Part shown: piece after piece, positions 49,661 through 61,425 of the stretch
Layout of the letters: every line of letters begins with the position of its first letter
Position numbering within the stretch: position 1 is the stretch's first letter
Source: a virus
Lineage: Duplodnaviria > Caudoviricetes
IMG/VR virus record: IMGVR_UViG_3300028591_000084
Length of the DNA stretch: 64,000 nucleotides
Strand: one strand, 5' to 3'
The notes under the pieces: model-generated
Seen by the model: the letters and a program-made list of their open reading frames with translations, nothing else
The model's database searches: none
Told to the model about the DNA's origin: nothing
Translations under genes and position numbers: made by a program

Positions 49661-49993
49661 ATGGTAAAAGAAGCATACGTTAGCTCTGAAATACAAAAGC
49701 TGTTATTAGAGAAAGGCTTTAATGTTGATGAGTATGAAGTTCATTATATTTCAACAGACCGCTCCGAATTTAATATCACCCATCAAATGGCTATGAGGTG
49801 GTTGAGAGAAAAGAAGGGGTTGTTTATTGAAATATGCTGTGACGATTTGGACTATGACTGGCAAATATTTGATGTTTGGCATAGAGACTCAAACGGAGAT
49901 CCTACCGTAAAATCAGAATCATACGGAGGCTACAGTGAATATGAGAAAGCCATAGAGACAGCACTAATGTTTCTGCTTAAATTCTTGATTTGA
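49661..49993 (+). CDS. family B protein
   Basis: EAYVS..KLLLEKGF...QMAMRWLRE. Confidence 0.65.
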   Translation: MVKEAYVSSEIQKLLLEKGFNVDEYEVHYISTDRSEFNITHQMAMRWLREKKGLFIEICCDDLDYDWQIFDVWHRDSNGDPTVKSESYGGYSEYEKAIETALMFLLKFLI

Positions 49994-50372
49994 TTATGTT
50001 ATTAATAATTTGGGTAGGTTTAATTACTAGTTGTCTTATTATTCTTCTTATAGTAGAGTATTTAGATGCTAAGAAGAACAAAGAAAAGATTGAACGTCTT
50101 CATGATAATACCCCTGTCATATTATTTACTGAAGATAACGTTCTTCATTGGAGAACTAGCATGTCAAAAGATCTGGGTGAGTTAAGGGAGGCTAAAAAAG
50201 ATGGAGTCTATCTTAATGGCAAGTCGGTCTCAGAAGGGCCTCACTATAGAAAAATATTAGTCTTAAATCCAAAAGAACTGGAAGGATGGGCTAAAAAATT
50301 TAAAACTGTGAGAGATATTAAAGAGTGGTATAGAATACAGGCTAATATCCTAAAAGAAGCAGAAAACCTGTA

Positions 50373-50589
50373 ATGAAAAAAGATTTGGTATGAAAACAGT
50401 GAACCGCCAACAAAAGATAAATTCGGTTGTCTCATTAATCTTGGAGGAGATAATTACCGTGATTTCGAGGTTGTGCTGTATGATGCCAAAGATCAATGTT
50501 TTACTACTGCTCTGCATCCTTATTGTACTATAACGGATGATGAAGAGAACCAACGTGATAGGATCCTACTAAACGAAATTAAAAAGTAG
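50373..50589 (+). pseudogene. frameshifted small gene (MKKIWYENSEPP...)
   Basis: One extra A in the A6 run at 50376-50381. Confidence 0.5.
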
Positions 50590-51066
50590 AAGACCTATTA
50601 AAACAATGATATATGAATGAAGAGAGTAATTTAAACTCTCTTTTTCTTTTTTATTAGCCCATAGAATCCTTACTTATGAATATGAATTACGAAAAAGATT
50701 TTAAGTATGGAATTATTGATGGCTTTAATGTAATGCTGTTTAATGAAACAGAACATGAAGCAACAGTATCAACGTCAGATTTTCTAATAAATGTAAAAAT
50801 TAAAATGGAAAATAGTGGCGTTATTAATATACAGGCAAATCGGATTATCTATGACTTCTATGACCCTAGTAGAGAACGAAGAATTTTTGAAAAAGATTGG
50901 ATACACCAGCCTCACCCAAGACTAATACACAAGGGTAAACGTTGGTGGAAGGTATTAACAGGAAGCAAAGAGACCGAGCGCTTTGTATATAGTGGTTATG
51001 TTAGAAGTACAGAAACAGAATCTGTACAATACATACTACCAAGTAATAAATATACAATTACTATAT

Positions 51067-51585
51067 ATGACTGATAAGGACAAAAAAATAAGAGAAGCTC
51101 TTCTATCTGATATCGAAGGGTGCTCTGAATGGTATTGTGATAATGGTACCAAGAAAGAGGGCATTATTGACTGGCTTAAACGGCTAGAATGGAGTGAAGA
51201 AGATGATATGAGATTGGAAGAGACGATTGAATTAGTAGAAGCGAATAAATACCACCAAAGCCGACTAAGTGCTGTCGAACGAAGCGTAAACTGGCTAGAG
51301 TCTCTTATCAGTCCTCCACAAAAACAAGAGTGGAGAAGACCAGGGAAAGGGGATCAAAAGAAGATAAAAGATCTTATTGACCACTTTGAATATAAAAAAG
51401 AATTTACAGAGAAAGAGGATTACGAAATTCTTCTTTGGCTTAAAGATCTTCTTAATTGGATTTGTTATAAACCTAATAAAGAACAACTTGATGTCTTAAA
51501 AGAAGCCGCAGATAATCACCATAACGTTGATGATTCTGTTTTGTTATATGATCTTTATAAAAACTTAAAGCGTATAAATCTATGA
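51067..51585 (+). CDS. family E-related protein (WSEED/KPxKEQ modules)
   Basis: DKKIRE...WLK...WSEEDD...KPNKEQL. Confidence 0.6.
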   Translation: MTDKDKKIREALLSDIEGCSEWYCDNGTKKEGIIDWLKRLEWSEEDDMRLEETIELVEANKYHQSRLSAVERSVNWLESLISPPQKQEWRRPGKGDQKKIKDLIDHFEYKKEFTEKEDYEILLWLKDLLNWICYKPNKEQLDVLKEAADNHHNVDDSVLLYDLYKNLKRINL

Positions 51586-51902
51586 AAAAGAAATTTAGAA
51601 TTGTTAAGAATGATTTATCTGAAGAAGGACAAAAAGCATATCATCCCTATTGGTATCGAATTGAGCAAAGACACAGTATCCTCTTTGGACTGATAAAATG
51701 GTGGATATCGCCAGAGTTTGCACCACCGCACAACTTTGAATTTGTAGATGAAGCTTTGAAGTATATTTTAGATCAATGTCCGAAAGCAATTGTGATCGTC
51801 CCTGAAGAAAAAGGAGAATTTATCGGTTGCGTCTCCTGTAAATTTCAGGATGAATGTAATAGTTCTCAATTTGGACTAGGTTGTGACAGAGGAAAACAAT
51901 GA
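51582..51902 (+). CDS. family G protein with a Cys-rich tail
   Basis: YRIEQR...WW..PEF.PPHNF. Confidence 0.55.
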   Translation: MKKKFRIVKNDLSEEGQKAYHPYWYRIEQRHSILFGLIKWWISPEFAPPHNFEFVDEALKYILDQCPKAIVIVPEEKGEFIGCVSCKFQDECNSSQFGLGCDRGKQ

Positions 51903-52753
51903 CTGATTATATTTCCGAAGCAGAGGCATTGTCCGAGATTTATGATGGATTTGAGGAAAATTTTGAACCCTATACGACCGAAGAAAAAATGTATTTTATT
52001 CGGTCTAAAAATTTTAGATTTTCCAAATCCGACATTGGAAAGTTTGTAATAATACAGACTCCAAGAAGAAATAAAAACGTAATGAAAATACTCTATCTTG
52101 TCGATCGTCAAAAATGTAAGACTTTCTGGTGGTCACATGATTCTAATTTTGCAATGATTTTTAATTGTAGATCTGCTGCTCAGAATCAAGTGAGCAAATA
52201 CAGATATAATAATGCCAAAATTATGGAAATTAAACCCTGGATGATAAAATCTTATGGACAGTAAAGAAGAAATTATTTATTTTAGTGTTAACAATTGGTT
52301 TGAGGGCCAAGACTATCCTCCAACTAAAAACTTCAAAAGATGGTTAGTAGACGATTCTAACCAAGCTTTTAAAAATGATGAGTGGGCAAAGGAAAATAAG
52401 CTGTGTATCTATTATGGCTGTATTGATATGAGCTTTAACTATACCATTGCAGCACCACGTTCTTGGGTTGAGAAGAATTGCCCTGAGCTGCTAACGGATG
52501 AAGAATACACATATACTCTCTGCTGTCATTGGAAGGGCGGAAATGAAGTTAAGGAGTATAAGAAAAAATACTCGGACTTTGTTGACCATCCTGATTCTGA
52601 TGGTAATATTATATCTCGTTTTGACTGGCCTTATCCCGAGTATAAAGAGGAGAATTTTGGCTGTCAATATTATGAGGATCCTAACGATTGCTGGGATGAT
52701 GAAGACGACGCTTCAACACGCACTACGACTTTGTAGGATTAAGAAGAATGACT

Positions 52754-53128
52754 ATGGCAACAATTAAAGCGTACACAGACTTAGAACAGTCAAAGAAGCT
52801 AGCAGAAATATTGCCAATTGAAAGTGCAGATATGTATTGGTGGTACTCAGGTAGAAGGTACTATATAGAAGCAATTGATGATGGTGATTTCAATGAAAAA
52901 GGAGATATTCGTGCTTGGAGTCTTGCCGCATTAATTGAGATTTTGCCTGAAATTATACATATAAAAGATTGGGAAAATTACATTATTTGCATTGGTAAAG
53001 ATAGTATATGTTATAAGCGTAAAGAAGACGTACTATCACAAACAATTTTACATGAATCACGGGGCACTAATCTCGTTGATGCTTGCTACGAAATGATATT
53101 AAAGTTGAATAAACTTAATTTATTATGA
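52754..53128 (+). CDS. family C protein
   Basis: MATIKAYTDLEQSKKLAEILPIESADM. Confidence 0.65.
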   Translation: MATIKAYTDLEQSKKLAEILPIESADMYWWYSGRRYYIEAIDDGDFNEKGDIRAWSLAALIEILPEIIHIKDWENYIICIGKDSICYKRKEDVLSQTILHESRGTNLVDACYEMILKLNKLNLL

Positions 53129-54162
53129 TTATGGAAATAGAAAAATTTATTATCTTACAAGAAATTAAAGTCTCTGCCTCTAGTTTTCTTCATAATTTAA
53201 AGATAGGCGATAAAGTAGTTGTTGATCTTACTAACAATACTTATCGTGAAGCCGTTATAGAGTCTGATCCTTATTCAGCGCCCTCTGGAGCAACATATAT
53301 AGATGTATCTGTATTTAACAAAATTTTATCAACTAATAAAAAACATGCTGTACCTATCTGGGACTTATATCCACTAGGTAGTAAGAAAATAATATATACG
53401 GCATATATCTATTCATTAAGTCACAGAGGACCATATTTTAGTGGAAGAGGCAGTTATGAGTTGGTTTGCGAGGGGAAAACACTTAAAAGAGTACAAGACT
53501 GTCTTGGAAGAAGAGACGCTAATGAAAGATTGTTGGATAAAGAATTATTAGAAAAGCATGGTATAAATAAAGTAATTTCTAATTCTTCTACAATTTATAC
53601 TGATTGAATATGAAACCAACTAAAGAAGAACTTGAAAAAATAAAACTTGATGCTACATTAAGTGGCGATATAGAAAAATATGTTTATCTTAGAAAAGATG
53701 AAAAAGGTTTCTATATTGAATATGCTTTTAAACCAGGATCCCCTCATGATAATAGATGTCTGTCATGGTATGATTCTTGTCAAGAAAAAGCATATATTAG
53801 AAATGGATGGGTAAAAGACACTACAAACGAGAAAGATATTAAATTTCTCGCCGCCATCAAAAGAAATAGAGAGAACAGGGTCGGACAACTCTTCATACTT
53901 TCGTCTTTTACCTGTGGTTTTGAAGAATATCCCGAGGAGCGACTTAAGGAAAGTGAAGAAGACTGGAAGAAGTATCATGAGAGTGAACCTTTTATTCCAG
54001 AAGATCATATCTGTAAGGTAGGATGTCCAGCCCCAAAGTGCAGGTCATGCATGTGTGAACATTGGACTTACGAAGAGCCAGTTAAATGTGCGTGTTGGAC
54101 TTTAAAAGAACCAAATGTTCCCTCTAAGGTTATGATACCAATTGATTTAGCGATGAAACTCT

Positions 54163-54355
54163 ATGAACAAAATTTATTGTAATTGTGATACAATATCGAA
54201 AATCTGATGGAACTTTAGGAGAGTTTGATTCTGATAAACTTCTTGGCATCAGTGTCACAGGACATACTTTTACAATAACTCTTAGACATTATTTTGATGA
54301 TGAGTGGGATTGGGAAGACGAAGAAATAACTGATGTGGTAGAAATTAGAATATAA
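54163..54355 (+). pseudogene. frameshifted small gene
   Basis: Removing one A from gaaaatc (about 54199-54202) opens an ORF to TAA 54355. Confidence 0.4.
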
Positions 54356-54691
54356 TTATGAAAGAACTTAAATTGTTGTGATTATGATATTTATCAATCC
54401 TTGGGCATTTTATAGTCCAGATGATATTCCTGACTTAAATCCTCAAAATGATGATGAAGCAAGAGGGTGTATCTGTGGCGTGTGCGGATTTATAATAGCA
54501 TCAGCAATTTTTGTATGGCTCATGCATTTTATATTAAATCTTAGATTAAATGGTATAATAAGTACAGAGGTTCATTTTATATTGATACTTATCAATTGTA
54601 TAATAGTTTATCCAATTTTGACAATATTGTTAATGAAACTATCATTTAAGATTGGAGACAAAATTACAACAAACAATAGAAAATAATTATT

Positions 54692-56590
54692 ATGAAAGAA
54701 CTATCAATAGAACAAAAAGCAAAAGCCTATGACGAGGTTGTTGAAAGACTGAAAGATTTTAGATTTGAATATAGATTTTCATCCTTTGGTGATGTTATAG
54801 AAGAAAAATTTCCTGAAATCAAAGAATCCAAGGATGAGAAAATAAGAGAAGAACTATTAAATGCTTTTCAGGAGTCGGAAGATTCTCTTTATATGGTTCT
54901 AACTCCGCATAGAAGAGAGTCATTTATTGCTTGGCTTAAAAAGCAAGGTGAGCAGTCTCAATACTGGAAACCGTCAGAAGAACAATTAGAGGCATTAGAT
55001 TATGCTTACAATTCGTGTCCTGATACCGAAAGAGGAAATTATTATGAGGGTGTCTTGGAAACTATAATAGACGATTTACACAAATTGTCAGAAAAACAAG
55101 GTGAGCAAAAGCCTGATAAAGTTGAGCCAAAGTTTAAGGTTGGAAAATGGTATCAATGTACTAAAGACTTCTTTGGTAAAGGTGTTACTTTTGACAAGAA
55201 CACTGCGTATTATTGTGCAAAAGAAGGGTGCTTACAAGATGAATATGGGTGCCACATAGCAATCGTTAAAGATTTGTATGATAATTTCAAATTATGGGAC
55301 ATTACCAAAGATGCAAAGGATGGTGATGTACTTATAGACAAATCTAACGATAGGGAATGTCCATTCATATTCAAAGCAACAAAACCATCTGATATAAAAA
55401 CAGATATATTGAACCCACTAGCCGTATTAGGATATTGTGGAATAGGAGGAGCAGGATTTACCACAAGCAGCGGATGGGGAGACACAGCCAATTGTATATA
55501 CTATCCAGCCACCAAAAAACAGCGTGATGCTCTAATAAAAGCAATGGCTGATGCAGGATATACCTTTGACTTTGAAAAGAAAGAACTTAGAAAATTAAAG
55601 TTCAGAGTTGGTGACGAAATAAAGACTGTCAATGAAGAACCACTGACTATTACCAAGATTGACGAAAAAGGCTATTGGTCAGAGGATTTGTTTATCTGTG
55701 GCTTTGACAGTGAAGTCATTTGGGATTTAATTAAGCAGAAAAAAACAGATAAGGTTGAACCAAAGTTTCATGAAGGTGAATGGGTTGTTCAAGGTCACAA
55801 TATATTAAAAATTCGATACATTGGTGATGAATACTATTGTTATGAAACAGTTGGGGGGTATGTAGATAGTATGCTTATTTCTGAAATAAATTCTTTATAC
55901 CATAAATTCACCATCCAAGATGTGAAGGAGGGTGACGTCCTTGCAATAGAGCCGATTAAAGGATATCATTCTCCATTTGTTGCTATCTATAAAAAGCGAA
56001 ATAAAGAAGACTTCGACTCATATTGTTTTATTGGGTTTGATGGCAAATTTTATAAAGGAGAAAGTGGTCATTCTACAGAAGGAGTTCATCCTGCAACCAA
56101 AGAACAGCGTGATACTCTTGAAAAAGCAATGACTGACGCTGGCTATAGATGGAACCCAAACGAGAAGAAACTGGAGAAGATTGAGCAGAGACAGGTAATA
56201 GATTACCCAGATAGTCTTCCAAAAGATAACTGGGAACTTGTTCATGAATTTATTGAGACGTTTGGGAGAATACCAAAAGATGAGGATGAACTAAACGTCC
56301 TTGTGGAATATGTCTTAAAGAGGCAGAAACCTACTGAGTGGAGTAAAGAGGATGAAAGAATGTATAGAGGATTACATAATTTAATTTATTCTACTCCATA
56401 TTGTGATTCAAGAAAAGAATTATCTGATTGGCTCGAATCCCTTAGATATAAGATAGGATCCCAGAAATATTGGAAACCAAGTGATGAGCAGATGAACACT
56501 TTAGAATACTATATGCATACTCTTGTTTGTGACGAACATAAAGAGATTTTGTTTGGGTTATATGCAGATTTAAAGAAACTAACAGAATAA
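54692..56590 (+). CDS. family E multi-module protein (632 aa)
   Basis: Internally repeated PKF(K/H)xG, WKPS(E/D)EQ and PATK(K/E)QRD modules. Confidence 0.75.
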   Translation: MKELSIEQKAKAYDEVVERLKDFRFEYRFSSFGDVIEEKFPEIKESKDEKIREELLNAFQESEDSLYMVLTPHRRESFIAWLKKQGEQSQYWKPSEEQLEALDYAYNSCPDTERGNYYEGVLETIIDDLHKLSEKQGEQKPDKVEPKFKVGKWYQCTKDFFGKGVTFDKNTAYYCAKEGCLQDEYGCHIAIVKDLYDNFKLWDITKDAKDGDVLIDKSNDRECPFIFKATKPSDIKTDILNPLAVLGYCGIGGAGFTTSSGWGDTANCIYYPATKKQRDALIKAMADAGYTFDFEKKELRKLKFRVGDEIKTVNEEPLTITKIDEKGYWSEDLFICGFDSEVIWDLIKQKKTDKVEPKFHEGEWVVQGHNILKIRYIGDEYYCYETVGGYVDSMLISEINSLYHKFTIQDVKEGDVLAIEPIKGYHSPFVAIYKKRNKEDFDSYCFIGFDGKFYKGESGHSTEGVHPATKEQRDTLEKAMTDAGYRWNPNEKKLEKIEQRQVIDYPDSLPKDNWELVHEFIETFGRIPKDEDELNVLVEYVLKRQKPTEWSKEDERMYRGLHNLIYSTPYCDSRKELSDWLESLRYKIGSQKYWKPSDEQMNTLEYYMHTLVCDEHKEILFGLYADLKKLTE

Positions 56591-57248
56591 AAGCTATGAT
56601 ACCAATTATTATTATTTACTTACTAGGAGTTATTGCTACTGTTATTTTATTAATATTTATATTTATTGCAGTAAAATATGACAAAATAACATTACTTGAT
56701 TTGGCTTTGGGTATTATTATTTCTTTAACGTCCTGGTTTGGTTTTATGCTTATTGGCTTTATTGGCTTAATAAGATACGGTGAAGTAGTGATTTATGAGA
56801 GGAAAAAGAAGTAAGTCATGACGGTAGGAACATTAAAACAATTATTAAATGACTTGCCAGATGATAATGCAATAGTTGTTACAGAAGGTAATCGTTATCC
56901 AGATTTCAAAATAACCCATATTGAAGATTCTACATCTGTTGGAGTATGGGAGATAAGAATAACTAAATTTGAAACAGATAACCCTTGGGAGGAATAGAGT
57001 TATGAACGCAAACGAAGCACCAGAGAAAATATGGATGACTGATGAATGGGTTCGTCAGTTTGATGATAAAGACTTTATGGGCGAAGATAGTGTAGAGTAC
57101 ACCCGCACTGATGTTTTTATTGAGAAATCAGAAAAATACTTAAAAACCCAATTTATTAAGGATGTTTCCGTTTTAGCTGGAGGTGCAGTTCATATTAATT
57201 TTGAAATGGCAATTAAAAATTTTATAGAATATATGAAAGGATAAAGCT

Positions 57249-57465
57249 ATGAAAACAGGTAAACTCATAGAAGCCATTATGCAATATAAGCATATAGGGA
57301 TAGAAGAACTTGCACAAAAAATTGATATGGCACAACCTAATTTATCTAGTCTTATTATTGGTAATAGAAAAAATTACAGTGCAACTTGCCAAGAAAATAG
57401 GCAAAGTTCTTGATATAGATCCTATAGTAATTATGCAGAACAGGCTATGTGAAGAAATTAAATAA
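57249..57465 (+). pseudogene. frameshifted Cro/HigA-like HTH regulator
   Basis: IEELAQKIDMAQPNLSSLIIGNRK / ITVQLAKKIGKVLDID split by an extra A in the A6 run at 57368-57373. Confidence 0.65.
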
Positions 57466-57472
57466 TAGAACT

Positions 57473-57784
57473 ATGAAACAATATATCGACAAATCCAAAT
57501 TAGTAGCAGAGATAGAGAGATTAATAAGAAAAAATGAGCTGTATCTTGATGATAATGTGACGGATGCTGTAAGATTTCAAAAGACAGGCGCTTATAGTGT
57601 CCTCAATGAAGTTCTCCATTTCCTCGAGATCCTTGAAGTGAAAGAGCCAGACTTTGAAAAAGAATTTAGTAGAATATGGTTTGATTTTGGGGAATATTTC
57701 AATAATAGTGCTGTTAATTTTGCTCGAATAAGATCAATTTGTAAGCACTTCTTTGAACTTGGATTAAAAGCAAAAGGAGAATAA
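57473..57784 (+). CDS. family D-related protein
   Basis: LVAEIERL...LEILEVKE.D...HFFELGL. Confidence 0.55.
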   Translation: MKQYIDKSKLVAEIERLIRKNELYLDDNVTDAVRFQKTGAYSVLNEVLHFLEILEVKEPDFEKEFSRIWFDFGEYFNNSAVNFARIRSICKHFFELGLKAKGE

Positions 57785-58242
57785 TTTATGGAATACATAG
57801 ATAAAAATTTAGTATTTGAAATAGTAAAAAGAGTATTTAATCTTCTGATTGAAGAAGATAAGGTTAAATCATTACTACCTAAAATAAGTAATGATACACC
57901 TGTAATTTATGAAGGATTTATGCATGATCTTTCTGATTTGTATAAATTCGTTAATAACGAATATAAAGATAAGATTGTTAATGTAGTATTAGACAATATC
58001 GCATTAGATAATCTTATTAAAATAAAAGAGATAGATTTGGAGAAAGAAAAAGTAGAAAATATAAAAAAGCAATGTCCATTTAGAGAGGTTGTATGTAGCA
58101 AATATCAAGACCATCCGCTTAAATGTAGTGGTGCTTGTGCATTTGTTTCTGACAGAATAACTTCAGAAAAGAAACATCTACATAACATACAGAATGTTCC
58201 TGTTGATGAAGAAAGACTTAAAATGGATAGAAGAAATACAGT

Positions 58243-59043
58243 ATGACAGACAAAGAGAAAATCCGTAAAGAGATTGTAAAACTACAGAAGAAGCTTAGTT
58301 TTGGTTCGGATATAGATGATGCTTGTATCTTAGAACTGCAAAACGTACTAACTTATATAGATTCCTTGCAAGAAGAGTCCAAATTCAAAGTAGGACAATA
58401 TCTAAAGCAAGGTGACACCATAGTAAGGATACTTGAAGTTTCAGATGATGGCTATCATTGTGACAGTGCCTTTATTCCATTCTCCGCACAAAACCAATGG
58501 AAGCTTGTAGAAAAACCCATAAGCGAGTTCCCGAACACAGAATCAATGATTGAATCATACAGACAAAGGTTAATATCACAAGTTAACGGTATGAAGAATA
58601 GCCCTCTTATTGATATGTGTTTAACTTCTTATAAGCACGGAATCAATGAAACACTCGACACACTAAATCTTTCCAATGTTAAAAGAACTGTAAAGAATTG
58701 TAAAGATCCTGTAAGCAAGGGAAGAGATATTTTTGATAATTGTCTAAAGAGTGAGGAGAAATTTATTTTGCCACAAAAGATAAGTGGTAATATAAATCGT
58801 GAAAACTGTCTATATAGTAGTGCTTGTGCTCTTGGAGATATTCAAGCATGTATTATAGATAAGCCTGTAAGCGAGGACTTGGAAGAAGCAAGTAAGAAGT
58901 GGCTTATACCGAAACTCGATAAGTCCTATACCATCTATGGAGAGGAAAAGATGATGGAGCTAACACGCTTTGACGGATATGCTATGTTAGATGCTATTGT
59001 GTTCGGTGCTAATTGGCAGAAACAGCAAGATGCAAAATATTAG
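58243..59043 (+). CDS. family D-related multi-module protein
   Basis: KEKIRKEI...IDSLQEE, PVSEDLEEA and GANWQK modules. Confidence 0.6.
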   Translation: MTDKEKIRKEIVKLQKKLSFGSDIDDACILELQNVLTYIDSLQEESKFKVGQYLKQGDTIVRILEVSDDGYHCDSAFIPFSAQNQWKLVEKPISEFPNTESMIESYRQRLISQVNGMKNSPLIDMCLTSYKHGINETLDTLNLSNVKRTVKNCKDPVSKGRDIFDNCLKSEEKFILPQKISGNINRENCLYSSACALGDIQACIIDKPVSEDLEEASKKWLIPKLDKSYTIYGEEKMMELTRFDGYAMLDAIVFGANWQKQQDAKY

Positions 59044-59076
59044 ATTCTTTTCTCAATACTTTTAAAATGATGCAGT

Positions 59077-59479
59077 ATGGAAAAATTAAGATGTAAATGC
59101 GTTAAAGGCTTAGATGGTTTTACATGGGGAGAAATCTATGACGTAGAGTTTGCTGGAAGAGTGTGGTGGGCAGTGAATGATGATGGTAAAAGAGTTTCTG
59201 GAGCAAGCGAGTCCTTTGATCCGATAGAAGAACCTATAAGCGATGACTTAGAGAAAGCATGTTGGAAAGCCCGTGAAAAATATGATGCCAAAATTCCATT
59301 TAGCAAATACATGTTCAAGGCTGGCGCTAAATGGCAGAAAGAAAAAAAAAATGATGTCAAAGGCTATTGATGCTACGTGCTTTGGTTTCCAAGATGCTGC
59401 GTTGTTTTCTTTCAGATTACCAGCGGGTAGCTATCTTGTAGGCTCAAAAGTAAAAGTAATTATTATTAAGGAGGACTAA
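59077..59479 (+). pseudogene. gene split by an A10 frameshift (…GAKWQKEK / MMSKAID…)
   Basis: A9 at 59342-59351 would fuse ORFs 59077..59370 and 59273..59479. Confidence 0.5.
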
Positions 59480-59481
59480 TT

Positions 59482-59733
59482 ATGAGTAGGGCAGAAAATT
59501 TTATACAAGAGAACACAAAAGACTGTAGTAATATTTTTGAAGGCTATTACCCAAATGGAAAGCAAGCTTATTTTCCTTGGATCCATCCAAAACAAGCAAG
59601 AAAGGCTGTGGAGATTGCAAGGGAAGAAGTCTATGAGTGGTTAAAAAATAATATTTACATGTATAATGGTGAATGTGAAGGTGATAGAAAAGCAATTATA
59701 GAAGATTTAAAACAAGCAATGAAGGATGAATAA
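59482..59733 (+). CDS. family F protein
   Basis: AE..I..NT...PW..P.QA..A..IA.EE. Confidence 0.6.
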   Translation: MSRAENFIQENTKDCSNIFEGYYPNGKQAYFPWIHPKQARKAVEIAREEVYEWLKNNIYMYNGECEGDRKAIIEDLKQAMKDE

Positions 59734-60283
59734 GGCAGAAGAATATATCAATAAGAACACAAGGAATGATAGCAATATAGCTTTTGATGCAAGTTTTGGT
59801 TATATTCCTTGGCTAACCCCAGATCAAGCAGAAGCTGCCGCCAAAATAGCCGTTGAGGAATATAAAGAGAGGATTTATCAAGAGGTACAAGATTTTACTG
59901 ACTCTTATCACAAGGATCCTACAGATAAACTTGCTGAGTCAATATCTAAACTTATAAAAAGTCTAGGATATGTTAGGGAAAATAATCCTACGCAAAATAG
60001 AAAAATGAAAGTAAAAGTAAAAGAGACGGGTGAAATTATTGATGTCAAGAGGCTCTGTCCTGTGATTTATTCAAGACTAGATTGTAATGGTAAAATAGCA
60101 GAAGAATATGATGAGGATGAACTTGAGTTTATTCAGCCAGAAAAGAAAAAAGTTCTTCTAGATGATGTCTATGGGTGGATGTCAGATAATCTTTCGAAGT
60201 ATGTAGAAACAGATAGAGGAATTTATGCAGGGATTAATTTAGAAAAACTTAATAAAGATCTACATAAATTTTTTGAAAAATGA
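59726..60283 (+). CDS. family F protein with fused modules
   Basis: Same N-terminus as 59482, plus a KVKETGEII module. Confidence 0.6.
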   Translation: MNKAEEYINKNTRNDSNIAFDASFGYIPWLTPDQAEAAAKIAVEEYKERIYQEVQDFTDSYHKDPTDKLAESISKLIKSLGYVRENNPTQNRKMKVKVKETGEIIDVKRLCPVIYSRLDCNGKIAEEYDEDELEFIQPEKKKVLLDDVYGWMSDNLSKYVETDRGIYAGINLEKLNKDLHKFFEK

Positions 60284-60708
60284 AAGTAATATGTTTAGTT
60301 AACATTGCACTTAATATTATCACTATCTGCCTCTGTATTATAGGCATAATTAAGGGGTGGAAAGTAGATAGCTGGGTCTTACTGCTCTGGGTAATTAATG
60401 TTACCTATAGAAGTATTCGTGATTATCAAAAACTAAACTCAACTGATCTGGACAATAAATGATTACAAGTACTTATTTTTTCAATATTAGAACAGGAGAG
60501 TTGATTAAAACCATTAGAGGTGCAGTAGAAAATCTTGCGGAGGGGCAAACAATTTCTCTAATAAGTTCAAAAGTGAAAGACTCTAAGCAAATACGCTATC
60601 GTATTGCTGGGATCTTTACAACAATTGATAAGGATACAGACGCTGTTAACCAATATATTAGACTGGAACGTATGGGATTTTCAGACTAATAATAGAAATG
60701 TTAAGACT

Positions 60709-61095
60709 ATGACACAAGAAGGAAAAGAAAAAGAATTATTGCTTCAAGACCTTTGTGCGAAGTTGTATTATAAAGTTAAGGTGCAATACAAAGGCGCTAT
60801 TAAAGAAGTGCAATATATAGAGCCTGAATTTGATGAATTATGTTTTATATATCCAGATAATTCTTTTACTGTACCGGTTGCTGATTGTAAACCCTATCTC
60901 CGTCCTTTGTCTTCAATGACTAAGGAAGAGATTAATGAGTTTGAGCAAATAACCGACAATCTTCTTGATAATGGAACATCTGAAGAAATATGGAATACGG
61001 TAATTGACTGGCTTAATGCCCATCATTTTGACCATAGAGGTTTAATTGGGAAAGGTTTAGCAATTGAAGCACCGAATGATATGTATAAAACATGA
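60709..61095 (+). CDS. family A protein
   Basis: MTQE..LLLQDLCAKL...PYLRPLSSMT...HFDHRGLI. Confidence 0.65.
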   Translation: MTQEGKEKELLLQDLCAKLYYKVKVQYKGAIKEVQYIEPEFDELCFIYPDNSFTVPVADCKPYLRPLSSMTKEEINEFEQITDNLLDNGTSEEIWNTVIDWLNAHHFDHRGLIGKGLAIEAPNDMYKT

Positions 61096-61425
61096 AAAAG
61101 TTTAAAGATATTAAAATCGGTGATACAGTATATGTATACGGCAACCTAGAACCAGTACAAAAATTTACAGTGACATATATCGAGGATTTTGATATTAATA
61201 ACCCACAAAATTTATATAGTATTGGTTATGATAATTTTGGTTCCAATCCAAAATCATATCAAGATTCTATACAATCGAGTTGTAGATTAAACGATACATG
61301 TAGTACTTTTGGTTGTTATGCCGCAACTGTATATTTTAATCAAGAAGATGTTATAAATCGTTTCAACAAAGATATCAAAACTTTAGAACGTTATAAACAA
61401 GACTTCATTGATAAAACAAAGAATC

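Noticed and set aside
1809-59695. Numerous 60-140 aa ORFs antisense to or nested in longer genes
   Set aside because: Shadow ORFs with no motifs, opposite well-supported CDSs
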